From positions 189,968,001-190,032,000 of the forward strand of contig OZ024740.1 in the NCBI GenBank assembly GCA_964016885.1: a DNA stretch of 64,000 nucleotides, in the 5' to 3' direction. A program made the position numbers and the translations under genes. Below, piece by piece: positions 13,753 to 28,325 of the stretch (position 1 is the first letter of the stretch; the number at the start of each line of letters is the position of its first letter). This stretch comes from Eledone cirrhosa. Taxonomy: Eukaryota. The notes under the pieces were generated by a model. The model was not told the origin of the DNA. It did no database searches and worked only from the letters and a program-made list of their open reading frames with translations.

Positions 13753-13837
13753 TATGTGTGAGTGTGTGTGTTCGTGTGGGTGTTTGGGGCTGTATGTGTG
13801 CATTTAGCAGTATATCACATTTAGGTTCATGTGAGTT

Positions 13838-13954
<117 letters not shown>

Positions 13955-14089
13955 TGAACATAGGAAGAAAAATATATACATATATAAATATATATATACA
14001 TACACGTATATATACATAGCCCTGCGAGCGTATGAGAGTTTATGCCTGTGTGTGTGAGTGTGAGTATTTACATGGAGTGCATTTAAATG

Positions 14090-14680
14090 AAAGCTGCGTG
14101 AAATGTTGGTGTGTGGTCAAGTGTATAATGGATAACGTCATATTTTCCCTGCAATAATGTGTGCAGAAGCAGTGCTGTACCAAGCAGTGAATTGACATAC
14201 TGAATAGAATCATAGTTTACATTGAGTCAAAAGCATAATAGTATAATATGGAGACATATATTTATAGGCAAACATTTCCTTTTAATACCAATATTATCAC
14301 ACGACGCGAATTTAACATGTACAACTGGTCCTTTCAAGATTAAAGACAGGGGACGCTACAGATAGACACTATTATGCCCGACATTCATTCCATGGACGCA
14401 AAGAAGAAAAACGTAAAATCAATTATATTCTGTGTGAAATAGAAGCAGTCAAGTTTCAACAACGTTAATCGATTAGAAGAAAGGAAATTGAAAAAGTAAA
14501 TACGATATAATCGACAGATTTCGATGATAAATCCGATGTATGTAAACACATGAGGATGTCAAGCGCCAATAGATTATGGAAAGTTATATATTTTTCGATC
14601 ACACAGAAGTCGCATCGCAAGCAATAATAGAACCAAAGCAGAATAAAATAAACTAAGCTTATGAAGCTTACATATATGCA
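14090..14680 (+). pseudogene. Decayed Cys-loop receptor-like pseudogene
   Basis: CIMDNVIFSLQ*C matches Cys-loop spacing CxxDxxxFP; then FKIKDRGRYR*TLLCPTFI (pre-TM1/TM1). Confidence 0.45.
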
Positions 14681-14695
14681 TGCACACAGGGAACC

Positions 14696-14776
<81 letters not shown>

Positions 14777-14786
14777 TGTGTATATC

Positions 14787-14822
<36 letters not shown>

Positions 14823-14868
14823 AATGAAAGGTATAGAGAGTATTGTAGCAAGAACCCAACAGTATTCC

Positions 14869-14918
<50 letters not shown>

Positions 14919-15599
14919 AACGGAAAAATGAAACGAAATTTCATTTCTCACTCTTAGTACGGCTGTTACTAAGTATGTATACGTACATACATATATATAT
15001 ACAGACGTACAGTAGTATGTATATATATATACATACATGCAGATATATATATATATATGTGTACGTATGAATTAACCGACCATTTATTATAATACTCTGT
15101 GTATTTGTAAGCAAACATCCCGTATTAAGCCGTAGAGTGTCTAGCAACCATCGTTGCCCTTTTGTTCAACACTGACGCAGGAATGATGTACGAGTTTCAA
15201 TCTTATTAGCTATCGTCTGCACCGTATAACTTCCTGCCAGAAGATTGAACGTCTGAAAGTATATACTTTCATTATGCATATTAACGGCAGAGCAGCCTAA
15301 TTTGCATATCGAGGGAGTTAATCGGCCAGGCACCCCGAACACGATAAACGGAAAAAATGAAACGAAATTTCATTCATCACTCTTAGTACGGCTGTTACTT
15401 AAATATAAGTATGTTGAACAAAAGGGCAACGGTGGTTGCTAAACACTGTACGGCTTAATTCGGGATGTTTGTTTACAATCAAACCGAGCATTATAATAAA
15501 TGCTCGGTAAATTGATACGTACATATATATATATATGTGCATGTATGTATATGCATACTCCTGTACATTTGTATACATATATGCATGTACGTATACATA

Positions 15600-15632
<33 letters not shown>

Positions 15633-15796
15633 CGTTTCTGAATTTGTTTAGCAAGATTCTTTATCTGAAATCGTGTGTTGAAACCGATATTGTTATACTT
15701 TGGGAGGGTCATGTTGCCAATAAGAAACACACGCACCAGTTGCATCACTTCAATTTAATTTAATATATATTTATAAATTTACAAATTTATAAATTT

Positions 15797-16781
15797 CTGG
15801 TTGGTTGGTTGGTTCCACAACCAGATAGTTGTTTATATATATATAGTCATAGTTCTTTCGTCACACACTCTGTGACCTCTTCAGTGACTGGGGATTTCTT
15901 TCTTCGTTTCTGTGCCTTTCCTTTCTTCTATCCTACGCCATTTTGTTTGTGTGTGGGTTGCGTGCTCAGTTTGCGCATGCGCCACATCCGGGTGTCTGTG
16001 TGTGTTTGTGTTCATTTTTCTATTTTTCTATTTATATTTGTTTGTTTATTTATTTATTTATTGTTGGTTGGTTGTTTGTTCTATGTGTGTGTGTGTTTTC
16101 ATTTTGTCTTGTGTGTGTTTTCATTTTGTGTGTGTTTTCAATTGTAAGTTGTTTGTTCTATGTGTGTGTGTGTTTTCATTTTGTCCTTAATTGTAAGTTG
16201 TGATGTTGCTGTTCCACTCATATTTTCTATTTAATTTTGGTTTTAATTCTTTTATGCTTACTGCCTCTGTAATTTGCCTAAACATTGCGTCTTTCTTGTG
16301 TGTGGATTCTATTTTTATTTCTATGCTCTCTAATTTACCCCTGTGTTCTATCTTAGCATGTTGGTAGAGCACAGATGATTCTTTACTATCTTGGAGGTCT
16401 CGCCAGTGTTCATTTATTCGTTCCCCTATACTACGAGCTGTCTCACCTATGTACACTATATTTTTGTTTCTACATTGTCCTTCAGTACATCTTATGCTAT
16501 ATACTACATTTCTAGTTTTACAGTTAATATGGGGGCTTATTTTACAGGTTATACATTTCTTATCTATACATGAGGGTCTTTGGAACGGGTATGTCTTGCT
16601 AATAAGTGTTTTTACGGAGGTACCAGGTCTTTCTACTATCTTAATATTGAGATTATGTTTCTTTAGGGCCCTTCTAAATTTGTAGGCTAGTTCGCCTCTA
16701 GGGGTTGTATTGATGAACATTACACTCTGGTATTTATTGCTATCATACCATGAGTTTATTCTATTGGCCTTTATTCTAAGG

Positions 16782-16785
<4 letters not shown>
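15797..16785 (-). mobile_element. 5'-truncated Penelope-like element: linker plus GIY-YIG ORF (16187-16785) and 3' pLTR
   Basis: Open frame CIDKKCITC..NCKTRNVVYSIRC..YIGETARSIGERINEH..H..H..RQITEAV..KLN; pLTR shared with 10180-10520. Confidence 0.92.
15845..15889 (-). ncRNA. Type I minimal hammerhead ribozyme
   Basis: agtca-CTGAAGA-g gtcaca(gagtg)tgtgac-GAA-AG(aa)CT-A-tgact; perfect stem I, same sense as the upstream GIY-YIG ORF. Confidence 0.8.
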
Positions 16786-16817
<32 letters not shown>

Positions 16818-16899
16818 AGTTTTATTTAAGATTGTTGTGTTACAACGAGTAAATATTTTATAACTGATATAAAATCACTCAACAGTTTCTGGAGTAGGT

Positions 16900-17152
16900 T
16901 TACGATATTAAACAAATGGAAACTATATTTATTTCGTTATATATATTTCTGGGATATCATATTAAAAATTCAAATCAACTTTTTAAATGGAAGTTGCATT
17001 ATTATAAGGTATGTCAATAATTATTTATAAAACAGCTTATGTATTGTGTTTTGTCTGAGGAAGGCATACCATATTTTTAATATGATATCCCAGAAATATA
17101 TATAACGAAATAAATATGGTTTTATAAATATAGTTTCCATTTGTTTAATATC

Positions 17153-17156
<4 letters not shown>
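16900..17156. repeat. Short inverted repeat
   Basis: tacgatattaaacaaatggaaactatattt..ctgggatatcatattaaaaat mirrored at ~17070-17156. Confidence 0.75.
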
Positions 17157-17193
<37 letters not shown>

Positions 17194-17410
17194 TTTATAT
17201 ATATATATATATATATATAAATATATGTATGCATGTATGTATGTATACACATATGGCTGTGTGTGTGTGTATGCATATATGTAAGCTTTATACACTTAGC
17301 TTATTTTATTCTGATTTGGTTCTGTTATTGCTTCGATGGATGTTTATATATAAATATATATATATATATATATTTATATAAATATCCATCTATACATACA
17401 CCCCCCCCCC

Positions 17411-17459
<49 letters not shown>

Positions 17460-17814
17460 TCATACATACTCATATACATGTTTAAGGATTAAGGAATACA
17501 TTTTCATCAGCCCATTACAAGGGAATCGTAATGGATCAGAAATGGACGAGGCAGAAAGTTATTATATCGGCCATGCGCATGTATTTTGCAAACATATAGA
17601 CCAGTTAGGGAATAAAACTTCGATCACTCACATCGTTTTGTATTTCATGGACTGTTTCAGCTTCGCATCTAAAAAGATGGCAATAGCTATAAAATATCAT
17701 ACTGAAATGCATTACTTTGTTTCATTTGTCATCAATTATCCTTCATGTTTGCCAACCGCATTGAACCGGATTAAAAAAAAAATGTATATTGTTTACTACA
17801 TATATGTATGTATG

Positions 17815-17869
<55 letters not shown>

Positions 17870-18960
17870 AAGTATGACCCCGACGGCAGTGCACAAGCCG
17901 TTTCGATGGCTATTTCTGGATTGAAATAGCCGTCGAAACGGCTTGAGCTCTGCCGTCCAGGTCATACTTTTTCCTATTTCCCACTCTACTACCCTAAGTT
18001 TTGAGTACTCTGGTGCGTTATGGTCCATCTGTTCATTACCACAATTCCTTTGTTATATATATATTGTTATAACGCAAAACTCCGGCAGAAGCAAATTGCG
18101 CATTAACATTCGATATGTTTCTCCAACACAGTTTACAGAGCAAAGATCAAGTCCAGTCCATAAGTAGACATTATCAACCCATGCTTTTGGCTGCCGGTTT
18201 CTGCTCCTTTAACCACCCAACCTTCCTTCCAGGCATAACCTACCACGAGTTGATATTTTTATATGACCGTATAGTTTGAGTACTCTTGACTTGATAATTG
18301 ATGTAATTGGTCTAAGTCTGGTATCGTTGAGTAGCTCACTGATACATATACGGTCCTGAGCCACTTGCCAGTCGCTTCCCACTGGCGCGAAAGCTGATGT
18401 GCTTATTCACGTGACTGAATCAACCAACCAAACTTCACTCATATATGAAAAAACAACCGGAGCCGCCCTTTTGTTGAAGGCAAATATAATAAGACCTTTG
18501 TAACGCGTACTGGCGCAAAATGTATTATAGTTATTCACCAACCAACCAAATTACTTCTCTAAAAACCTAGCATTTCGAGCCACTTTTTTCCATATAAAAC
18601 ATTCAAACGCCAATGTGAGAAAAAGCACAAAACCTCCATCTCAATTCTACTTTTGAAAAGCAAACGAACTGCGAAACCGATAAAGAAACCAAATAAATAT
18701 ATTTAAAAAAAAAAAGACTCCAGTTGCATTTTCGATTTCATATTTTTCCTTATACTTTCACTCGTGTAAGACACCTGTTTTTTTTTTCATTTTGTAAAAA
18801 AAACTCACTTTTATATATATATATATATATAACGAAGGAAATGTGGTAAGGAACCAGGTGGACAATAACGCACCAAAGTACTCAATACTTAGGGTAGTAG
18901 AGTGGGTCCAGAATTAGCCGTCGAAACGGCTTGAGCTCAGCCGTCGGGGTCTTACTGGTT

Positions 18961-18994
<34 letters not shown>

Positions 18995-19025
18995 ATACAA
19001 TAACAGAGATAGCTTAAAGCTAAAC

Positions 19026-19059
<34 letters not shown>

Positions 19060-19479
19060 GTGTGCACTTATATTATCAGGAAGAGTTTATATTTTACACC
19101 CGTTACGTAAGTTCTTTCACTTACTTTCAGATCCCCTGTGTCATTACTCTTGCAAAAGTGTACATACACGCGTGTTATTGGGATACCTTATGTCTGGACA
19201 ATGTTTTACACTTTAATTGTTGAATTACAGCTCTTAATGAATATTGTTAAATTTCAAATTAGTAGAGCTGATTTCAAATTCTTATAGTGGCTATTTTCTA
19301 GCAATCTGGTTGACCTGTGCATTAGTCAAGCATTATGATTAATAACTTCACTTTCTAATCAAAATTCTAATATAAGTACTTATGCTCCTAACATAAATGT
19401 TTAACAGAGCCGCTTCAATTTAGACCAAATGAGCTGCTACTTCTAGCAATGTCGTTGGCATGCCCGTATCGTTACATCA

Positions 19480-20300
19480 TACTGTTCTCACCATGTGAGT
19501 TCATACTTTCATTTGAATCTATGGTAGTTGGTCCTGTCAAATGCGTTTAACAAGACTAATTTCTACTTATGAGTGGGATTTGGTCTTAATGATACCATTT
19601 ATCTTTATTTGGTATTTGGCACCAGTTCCCTTACACTTTGAAACAGCTGGTTATAATAATGTGGCAACTGGTTTATAAGAAGTCATGTAAACACAATCCT
19701 AGTTTTTCAGCTATGCCAATATGGCGGAGCTTGTGATACATATTTGCAAGGTCTGACTTACAAAGTCGAGATATATAACAACCCCTTTTGAGCCATCAGC
19801 TGCTGTTACCCTACCCAGTCATGATTAATTAAAAGTTTTGCAAAGCAGCCTTTTCCCGCGCGAGAGCCGTGCTGGATGTGTATTAGTAAGCCAGGTTCCT
19901 CTAGGAATGTGATCGATCTCCTTCTGTCGATTCGTTCCCTGACATAGCTATCACCGCATTTTATAGGGTACTGGTGCAGAATCTTTTACAAATTTGAATG
20001 TCTTTAGAATTTGTTTTTATAGATGTTATGGACCTTGCTTTAGACTTTCGTTTTATATATTTTATAGCCCTTGCTTGTCTTTCTGTCCCTACTTTCTGGA
20101 GAAGTTATATATGTCACATATGTACAAATGTTTCTGTTTCACCTCAGGTCAATTTGATCCACTACTCTCTTAATCAATTGAGTTTCCTTTCTTACAACCC
20201 CGGCGTTGCCTCGAAAGTCGTGTAACCTGATCTACACTATTCAATTTATCTTTCTTTTATAAGGCAGTAGAGAATACTTTTAGCAATAATCCATCTTTTA
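19480..20300 (-). mobile_element. Degenerate CR1/L2-type LINE RT fragment
   Basis: LLIHIQHGSRAGKGCFAKLL, VIYLDF, HKLRHIGIAEKLGLCLHDFL match QHGFR.GRSC, IYLDF and KL..GI.GK..W..FL motifs. Confidence 0.7.
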
Positions 20301-20379
20301 TCAAGACTCGGCTCCTTCAAAGCTTTTTTAAAAAGTTTGCTAGGCGAAGCCTGTGGGCGAGCCTATCTGGGGGATATTT

Positions 20380-20700
20380 CGTATTTTGAGTTAGTCGACA
20401 TAATATCTCGTCCAATTTCATGTCACAAAATGTTCGATTTAACGGTGACCAGTTTATTGAAAGTGCTCGGGTCAGATACCCGTTTAAAGCGTACATAATT
20501 GCTTTCCTCTCAATTCTATCGGAAGCCATAGAGAAGGTCACGATTGCTAAACTTCCTTTTCTGATAAAGCAATAAATTACCTCTATAAATTTATATCTCA
20601 GAACAGTATAATGTGTTACAAAACATGGTAATATTATTTTATAATCCATATAATCTAAGGACAAACTGATCATTATAAAATAAATGTGTAAAATATTAAC
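20380..20700 (-). pseudogene. Decayed Cys-loop receptor-like TM1-TM2
   Basis: YKIILPCFV..RKGSLAIVTF resembles Y..+IPC and EKxSL. Confidence 0.4.
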
Positions 20701-21236
20701 TATAAGCGAACATATTTATACTTATGTAATCGATCTTCAATCTGTGAGACATTTACGCACAAAAACAAACATATAAAATGACATACACATGTATGTACGT
20801 ATGTCTGTAGAAAAACAAATATATATTCACCGGAATAACACGTATATATCAACCAGAATTGCTTCTAACTCGAAATACATTCACACCTATTCTGCTGATA
20901 GCACACTTCGTTAAGCATTAAACATGTTTAAAATAGACCCGTATTAACTAATGTTTTGGAGTGATATTTGTAAGCGGAAACTATAATGAGGTCTGTCATA
21001 CATCTACCTCTCACTCACACGCACACACACACACTCTCTATATATATCTCTGTCTCAATCAGAAACACATACACACTATGATTTTCATCGCCTCTTATTC
21101 ACACAGCCTATGTATGTCTGTTATATATGTATATATGCAAAAAAGAGAGAGAAAGAAAGTGAGAGAGCGAGTTAAAGATATAGACAATATATGTATATAT
21201 ATATGTATATATATATATGTTTATGTATATATATAC

Positions 21237-21296
<60 letters not shown>

Positions 21297-21297
21297 T

Positions 21298-21344
<47 letters not shown>

Positions 21345-21345
21345 T

Positions 21346-21436
<91 letters not shown>

Positions 21437-21437
21437 T

Positions 21438-21482
<45 letters not shown>

Positions 21483-21617
21483 AAAAAGAGATGAAATCGA
21501 AAATGCAACTGGAGTCTTATTTTAAAAAAAAATATATATATTTATTTGGTTCCTTTACCGGTTTCGCAGTTCTTCTGCTTTTCAAAAGGTGAGTTGAGAT
21601 GGAGGGTGTGTGGTTTT

Positions 21618-21674
<57 letters not shown>

Positions 21675-21783
21675 CATGTATGTATATATATACATACTAC
21701 TGTGCGCCTGTATACACATATGTACGTACATTTAAGTAGCAGCCATACTAAGAGTGAGAAATGAAATTTCGTTACATTCTTTT

Positions 21784-21822
<39 letters not shown>

Positions 21823-21865
21823 AAATCAAATTTCGCCTCAAGCATACCTTTATACAAATATGTAA

Positions 21866-22008
21866 AGAAATTTCTTATTTCTAAAGGAACACGGTGTTAG
21901 CAAGCCGTAGCTATGCAAACACCGGGACTAACGCGCTCTGGCGTTAGCCACGGTGTTTGCATAGCTACGGATTCCCAGAACCGTGTTTCTTTAGAAATAC
22001 GAAATTTC
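21866..22008. repeat. ~140-bp hairpin / MITE-like element
   Basis: gaaatttcttatttctaaaggaacacgg..ccgtagctatgcaaacaccg mirrored by cggtgtttgcatagctacgg..ccgtgtttctttagaaatacgaaatttc. Confidence 0.8.
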
Positions 22009-22015
22009 TCTCTCG

Positions 22016-22064
<49 letters not shown>

Positions 22065-22086
22065 GATATATATGTGTGTGGGGGTG

Positions 22087-22122
<36 letters not shown>

Positions 22123-22199
22123 CTTATGTTTTTTGGGAAGGTGGGGGTGTATATGTGTTTATGTGGCCGCGTATATGTGCGTGTTATAATTATGTCACG

Positions 22200-22600
22200 A
22201 CGGTGAATGATTATTTCATTTAAAGATGTTTGGCCTTATTAGTGAATGTGTCAAAACCTCATTTAGTTAATGAATTTAGGAATGCTATTCTTCTGGATCA
22301 AATATGGAAATATGAAATAATCAATATTTAAAATAAAACTTGAACGTACAAATGTCTTAATAAAAATCATACACACACATCCGCAATTATCATAATGTGC
22401 ATGATCTTTGTACGAACACGAAGTTGTTCATTGCTATGTGTAACGACAAAGAGAGTAGAGATTAATATTTGTATTATATGAGTCGTTTTTTTGTTACCTT
22501 GTTACTCCCTCCTTCACTGTCCGCGATTTCTACGTCGCGCATGCTTACACACAAATTGACGTGAGTATCTGTGTAGAAAAGTTAGACGACCCGTCAAGAT
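22200..22600 (+). pseudogene. Decayed Cys-loop receptor-like TM1-TM2 fragment
   Basis: IFKIKLERTN..HP, KRVEINICII*VVFF. Confidence 0.3.
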
Positions 22601-22748
22601 ATCTACCTATCTACCTTTCTATCTATATTTTCATCCCTCTCCCTCTCGTAAGACACAAACACACAGACACACTCACCCACACACACACACATATACACAT
22701 ACATACATATATATATATATATAATATTAATATATTTATACATACATT

Positions 22749-22782
<34 letters not shown>

Positions 22783-22785
22783 TGT

Positions 22786-22845
<60 letters not shown>

Positions 22846-22850
<5 letters not shown>

Positions 22851-24704
22851 AACAGGAGGCTGGACTGGTGTAAATACTTGGAAGGTATATTATACTATGA
22901 TCATTTAAATGAACGGGTTCTATATGAATCCGGTGATATCATCAGGTATTCGAAATATAACAAAGGAATATGTAAAAACCATGGGTCCGAAAAATCAGAG
23001 ACAGAGTGGATGACTGACCAACTAGCTGATTTCACCTCGGCCATTCGCCTTCAAAGGCGTTCGGTTAATGACCATCTGGTGAGGGGGCGAAGGTTTATAA
23101 TGTACAACCACATCTCCGTCAAAGAATAAAAATGGGGAAGAAAGAAAGAAAGAAAGAATGAAGAAAAAAGAAAGAAGTCAGCGTAAAGGTCACACTACAT
23201 TCATGCTAGAAAACGCCGCGAAAAATGTTATTCCAAAGAATCTATATTTTAACAAAGGCGGGTGTCTGTATGGTCTAATGTGTGAAGCGAAAATCGGAAC
23301 GTTAAACATATGTTACGAGTTATAGGATGAAATTAAATTAAAAATTAATAAATTGAAACATAAATTTAAAAAAATTAAAAAAGTATTAGAAAATTAAAGG
23401 TGAAGGTAGCGAGATATACTTAATGTACTTAGAGAGAGAGTCTTATATGAAAAAGATAATATCAATAAGATATCAGAGTGGGATATAGAGTAAAGATTAA
23501 AGCCTTCGATTATGAACCCAGCCAGCACCTCCTAACCACGTGTCAGCCAATTTCGAGTGGTATCGTCCAGCGAAAGAAATGGAAATTAATTTTTCCGAAT
23601 ACTCAAGGAACGTAGCTACCTTAAACCCCGGGAGTGCTAGCGGGAAGTCTACAATTTGCACTTTTCATTGCTAACTTCGACTGATGTGGTGGCTTTTCCC
23701 GGGTGCGCGCCGTGCACTCGGAAAGTTCAGCCGCCTGTTTTAGCCACCAAATTATACTTATACCTATAAACTCTAGGCTTAGGCATAACTGTTAGCTGTA
23801 TCATGCCTCTACTAGCAAATAAATAAACACCTCGTGTGTGAATTAATAGTATTCGTTTGGTATATACGATGGCCTGTCGAAATTGTAGACTACCCGCTAG
23901 CACTCACGGGGCCTAAGGTAGCTACATTCGATGAGTACGCGGAAAAATGAATTTCCATTTCTTTCGCTGGACGATACCACTCGAAACTGGCTGACACGTG
24001 GTTAGGAGGTGCTGGCTGAGTTTCACAATCGAAGGCTTTAATCTTTACTCTATATCCCACCCTAATATCTTATCGAGATTAACTTTTCCATATAAGACTC
24101 TCTCTCTAAGTACATTAAGTATATCTCGCTACCTTCACCTTTAATTTTCTAATAATTTTTTAATTTTTTAAAATTTATTTTTCAATTTATTATTTTTTAA
24201 ATTCATTTCATCCTATAACTCGTAACATAAGTTTAACGTTCCAATTTTCTGTTCACACATTAGACCATACAGACACCCATTATATATGCCTTTGTTAAAA
24301 TATAGATTCTTTGGAATAACATTTTTCGCGGCGTTTTCTAGCATGAATGTAGTGTCACCCTTACGCTGACTTCTCTCTTTTTTCTTCTTTCTTTCTTTCT
24401 TCCCCTATTTTATTCTCTGACGGAGAGATGGTAGTACATTATAAGCCTTCGCCCCCTCACCAGATGGTCATTCGCAGAACGAGTAGCCATCACTTTGAGG
24501 GCGACTGACCGAGGTGAAATCAGCTAGTTGGTCAGTCGTCATCTATGTCTCTGATTTTTCGGACCCATGGTTTATACATATTCCTTTGTTATATTTCGAA
24601 TACCTGATGACATCACCGGATTCATATGGAAACCGGTCATTGAAATGATCATAGTATAATAAATTTTCCAAGGATTTACACCAGTACAGTCTCCTGTCAC
24701 TTTA
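22846..24704. mobile_element. 1.86-kb non-coding fold-back element (two ~815-bp inverted pLTR-like arms, ~220-bp spacer)
   Basis: 22846-23660 is the reverse complement of 23880-24704 with scattered substitutions; terminus also found at ~10530-10635. Confidence 0.9.
24600..24657 (+). ncRNA. Hammerhead-like motif in fold-back arm
   Basis: atac-CTGATGA-catc accgg(..)ccggt catt-GAA-ATGATCAT-A-gtat; palindromic stem III; left-arm copy has GAA mutated. Confidence 0.6.
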
Positions 24705-24851
24705 TTTATAATTAACTCCGTATTCGCACCACCAACTACACAAATGAAGACGGGTGAACTGCACTATGTTGTGTACTCTCCACAATATTACACCAAGATT
24801 GACCATACAGATTGACCAATTCTATCCAGTGGTGAACCAACAAATCTAAAG

Positions 24852-24920
<69 letters not shown>

Positions 24921-25526
24921 TATATATAAACGGAAAAAATGAAACAAAATTTCATTTCCCACTCTTAGTACTACTGTCACTTAAATATAAGTATGTACAC
25001 GTACATACATATATTTATACAGACATACAGTAATATGTATATATACATACATGCACACATATATATATGTACGTATGGATTCACCGAACATTCATTATAA
25101 TGCTCGGTGTGTTTGTAAACACACATCCCGTATTAACTAGTACAGCGTTCCTTTGTTAGTATTGAACAAACGAGCAACGATGGTTGCTGGACACTACGGC
25201 TTAAGACGGGATGTTTGTTTACAAACACACCGAGCATTATAATACATTTTCGGTGAATCCATACTTACATATATATATGTGTGCATGTATTTATATATAT
25301 ATACATACTACTGTACGTCTGTATACATATATGTATGTACGTGTACATACTTATATTTAAGTAACAGCCGTACTAAGAGTGGGAAATTACATTTCGTTTC
25401 TTTTTTTCCGTTTATCGTTTTCGGTGCACCCGGCCGATTAACCCACTGGATATGCAAATTGGGCTACTCAGCCGTTAATATGCATAAGGTAAGTATATAC
25501 GTTCAACAATCTGGCAGGAAGGTATA

Positions 25527-25567
25527 CGTTGCTGACTATAGCTAATAAGCTTGAAACTAGTACAGCG
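25527..25567 (+). ncRNA. Decayed minimal hammerhead (family B; inferred consensus CTGACGA)
   Basis: cgttg-CTGACTA-t agct(aata)agct t-GAA-ACTAGT-A-cagcg; stem I largely stays paired across three copies. Confidence 0.6.
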
Positions 25568-25736
25568 TTCCTTTGTCAGTGTTGAACAAACGAGCAACGA
25601 TAGTTGCCGGACACTAGGGCTTAATACGGGATGTTTGTTTACAAACACACCGAGCATTATAATAAATGTTCGGTGAATCCATACGTACATATATATGTGT
25701 GCATGTATGTATATATACATACTACTGTAAGTCTGT

Positions 25737-25772
<36 letters not shown>

Positions 25773-25788
25773 GTATGTATAAATATTG

Positions 25789-25839
<51 letters not shown>

Positions 25840-25929
25840 TTATTCATTTATATATGTGCGTGTGTGTGTGTATGTTTATACTTCATATAAAATGAAAAAT
25901 CAAAGTTGTCATTCAAATCCTATCTTTAA

Positions 25930-26400
25930 GCTCAACATAGTCGAATAGTCAACCGGCTATAGTAACTCACCACCATTTGTCTCAGAACGTACAACGTTGT
26001 CCTCAGTCCTGTCTGTTGAAGGCTCTCCGCTCCTGGGGTAATCTTTTCATCATCGCCTCCCTCTTTAAACCTTATTTTGCCGTTACAAATACCACGAGCG
26101 CTATATCGTTTCACCTTCGTAAACTTGCTGCAGTATTTATAATGCTTCTGACCAGAAGCCAGGCTGAAGAAATGTTCTGTATCCAGACCTGGGAACGAAT
26201 GAGCTACTCCAGGCGTCAACATGTCTAAGAAACACCGTACATCACTACGGTGTTCTAATGGCTCCACCAGGAATTACTAGATCATTCATACATACCTAGA
26301 ATATCGCCATAACTTGAAATAGTTGGGAAGATCTGATAAATAATCATGTATGACAACAGAAACGATATTGTAATGAACTACTTCCTACATTTCGCTCTAA
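25930..26400 (-). pseudogene. Possible decayed, internally deleted Cys-loop receptor-like relic
   Basis: QIFPTI, VRCFLDML, KVKRYSARGI, GDDEKITPG in expected order. Confidence 0.3.
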
Positions 26401-26532
26401 TTATTTATCTTCATTACTCCGTCTGTCATCATAAGATCATATGATTACACCTATCTGTTGAGATAGATATATTAGCTACATAGGTCTATTATGTTTCTTT
26501 TATCCTTTAACTTTCTTATATATATATATATA

Positions 26533-26607
26533 CAGGGTGTCACAAAAATGTATACATAGTTTTATTTGAATGATGTTGAAGTGTGTATACATTTTCGGAA
26601 CACCCTG
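26533..26607. mobile_element. 75-bp Tc1/mariner-type MITE
   Basis: TIRs cagggtgtcacaaaaatgtataca / tgtatacattttcggaacaccctg flanked by TA on both sides. Confidence 0.8.
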
Positions 26608-26826
26608 TATATATATACATATATGTTTGCCTCATATTTGATCTCATTTATGTCGTGGCAATTTCTTAGTGTTAATTACTTAAACTGATTGTATCATACA
26701 GATACGTATGCTCACGGTTTTACCATATTAATATATGGTATTCATACATTTATATACACACACATTCACACACATATAAGTATGTATGTATGTATATATA
26801 TATATATACATACGTGTGTGGAGGTC

Positions 26827-26893
<67 letters not shown>

Positions 26894-26999
26894 CTTCGGT
26901 GGATGGTATTCAATCTACAGTCATATGCGCACGCATCAATATACACATCCATAAATGTCGTTTGAATGTGTGTACGTATGTAGCTATGAAGCGTTATGT

Positions 27000-27420
27000 A
27001 TGTTAATGTTGTTACACCATCGGATGTCTAAGTATAAAAATTGGAAATATAGCGGTGTGTATATAACGTATAAATGAATTGAGAAGTTCTGAAAGTGTCC
27101 TTAAGTATATTATCGTCTGATTATTAATTGATTGAAAATGAGAATGTATATTAATTGAAAACTTTAAGTGCGTTTAATAAGAAGACGGACTAATTTAAAA
27201 TCGGTTTACCTGATTATGTATAATTGGATAATTATATCATAAGTGAATCCATATCGATAAATGAAAATTATCTATCAGCGGGGATGATATTTTAATAAGT
27301 TCTTATGAGAAAATTTTATATTGCATTTTCTAAATGTCCTCTGTTGAGCCTGTAATTTCTTCGTCAGATAGCTAGCTGGACAAAGAGACACATAGAAGAG
27401 AAAGATTCATAAACATAATG
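27000..27420 (+). pseudogene. Possible decayed Cys-loop receptor-like TM fragment
   Basis: VRLIRRRT.., K*KLSISGDDILIS. Confidence 0.25.
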
Positions 27421-27455
27421 AACAAATTCGTACTCATATATGTATATATAAAATG

Positions 27456-28320
<865 letters not shown>

Positions 28321-28325
28321 TATAT

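Noticed and set aside
17054-17070. CTGAGGAAGG hammerhead-like core
   Set aside because: No downstream stem II partner or GAAA; truncated at an inversion junction
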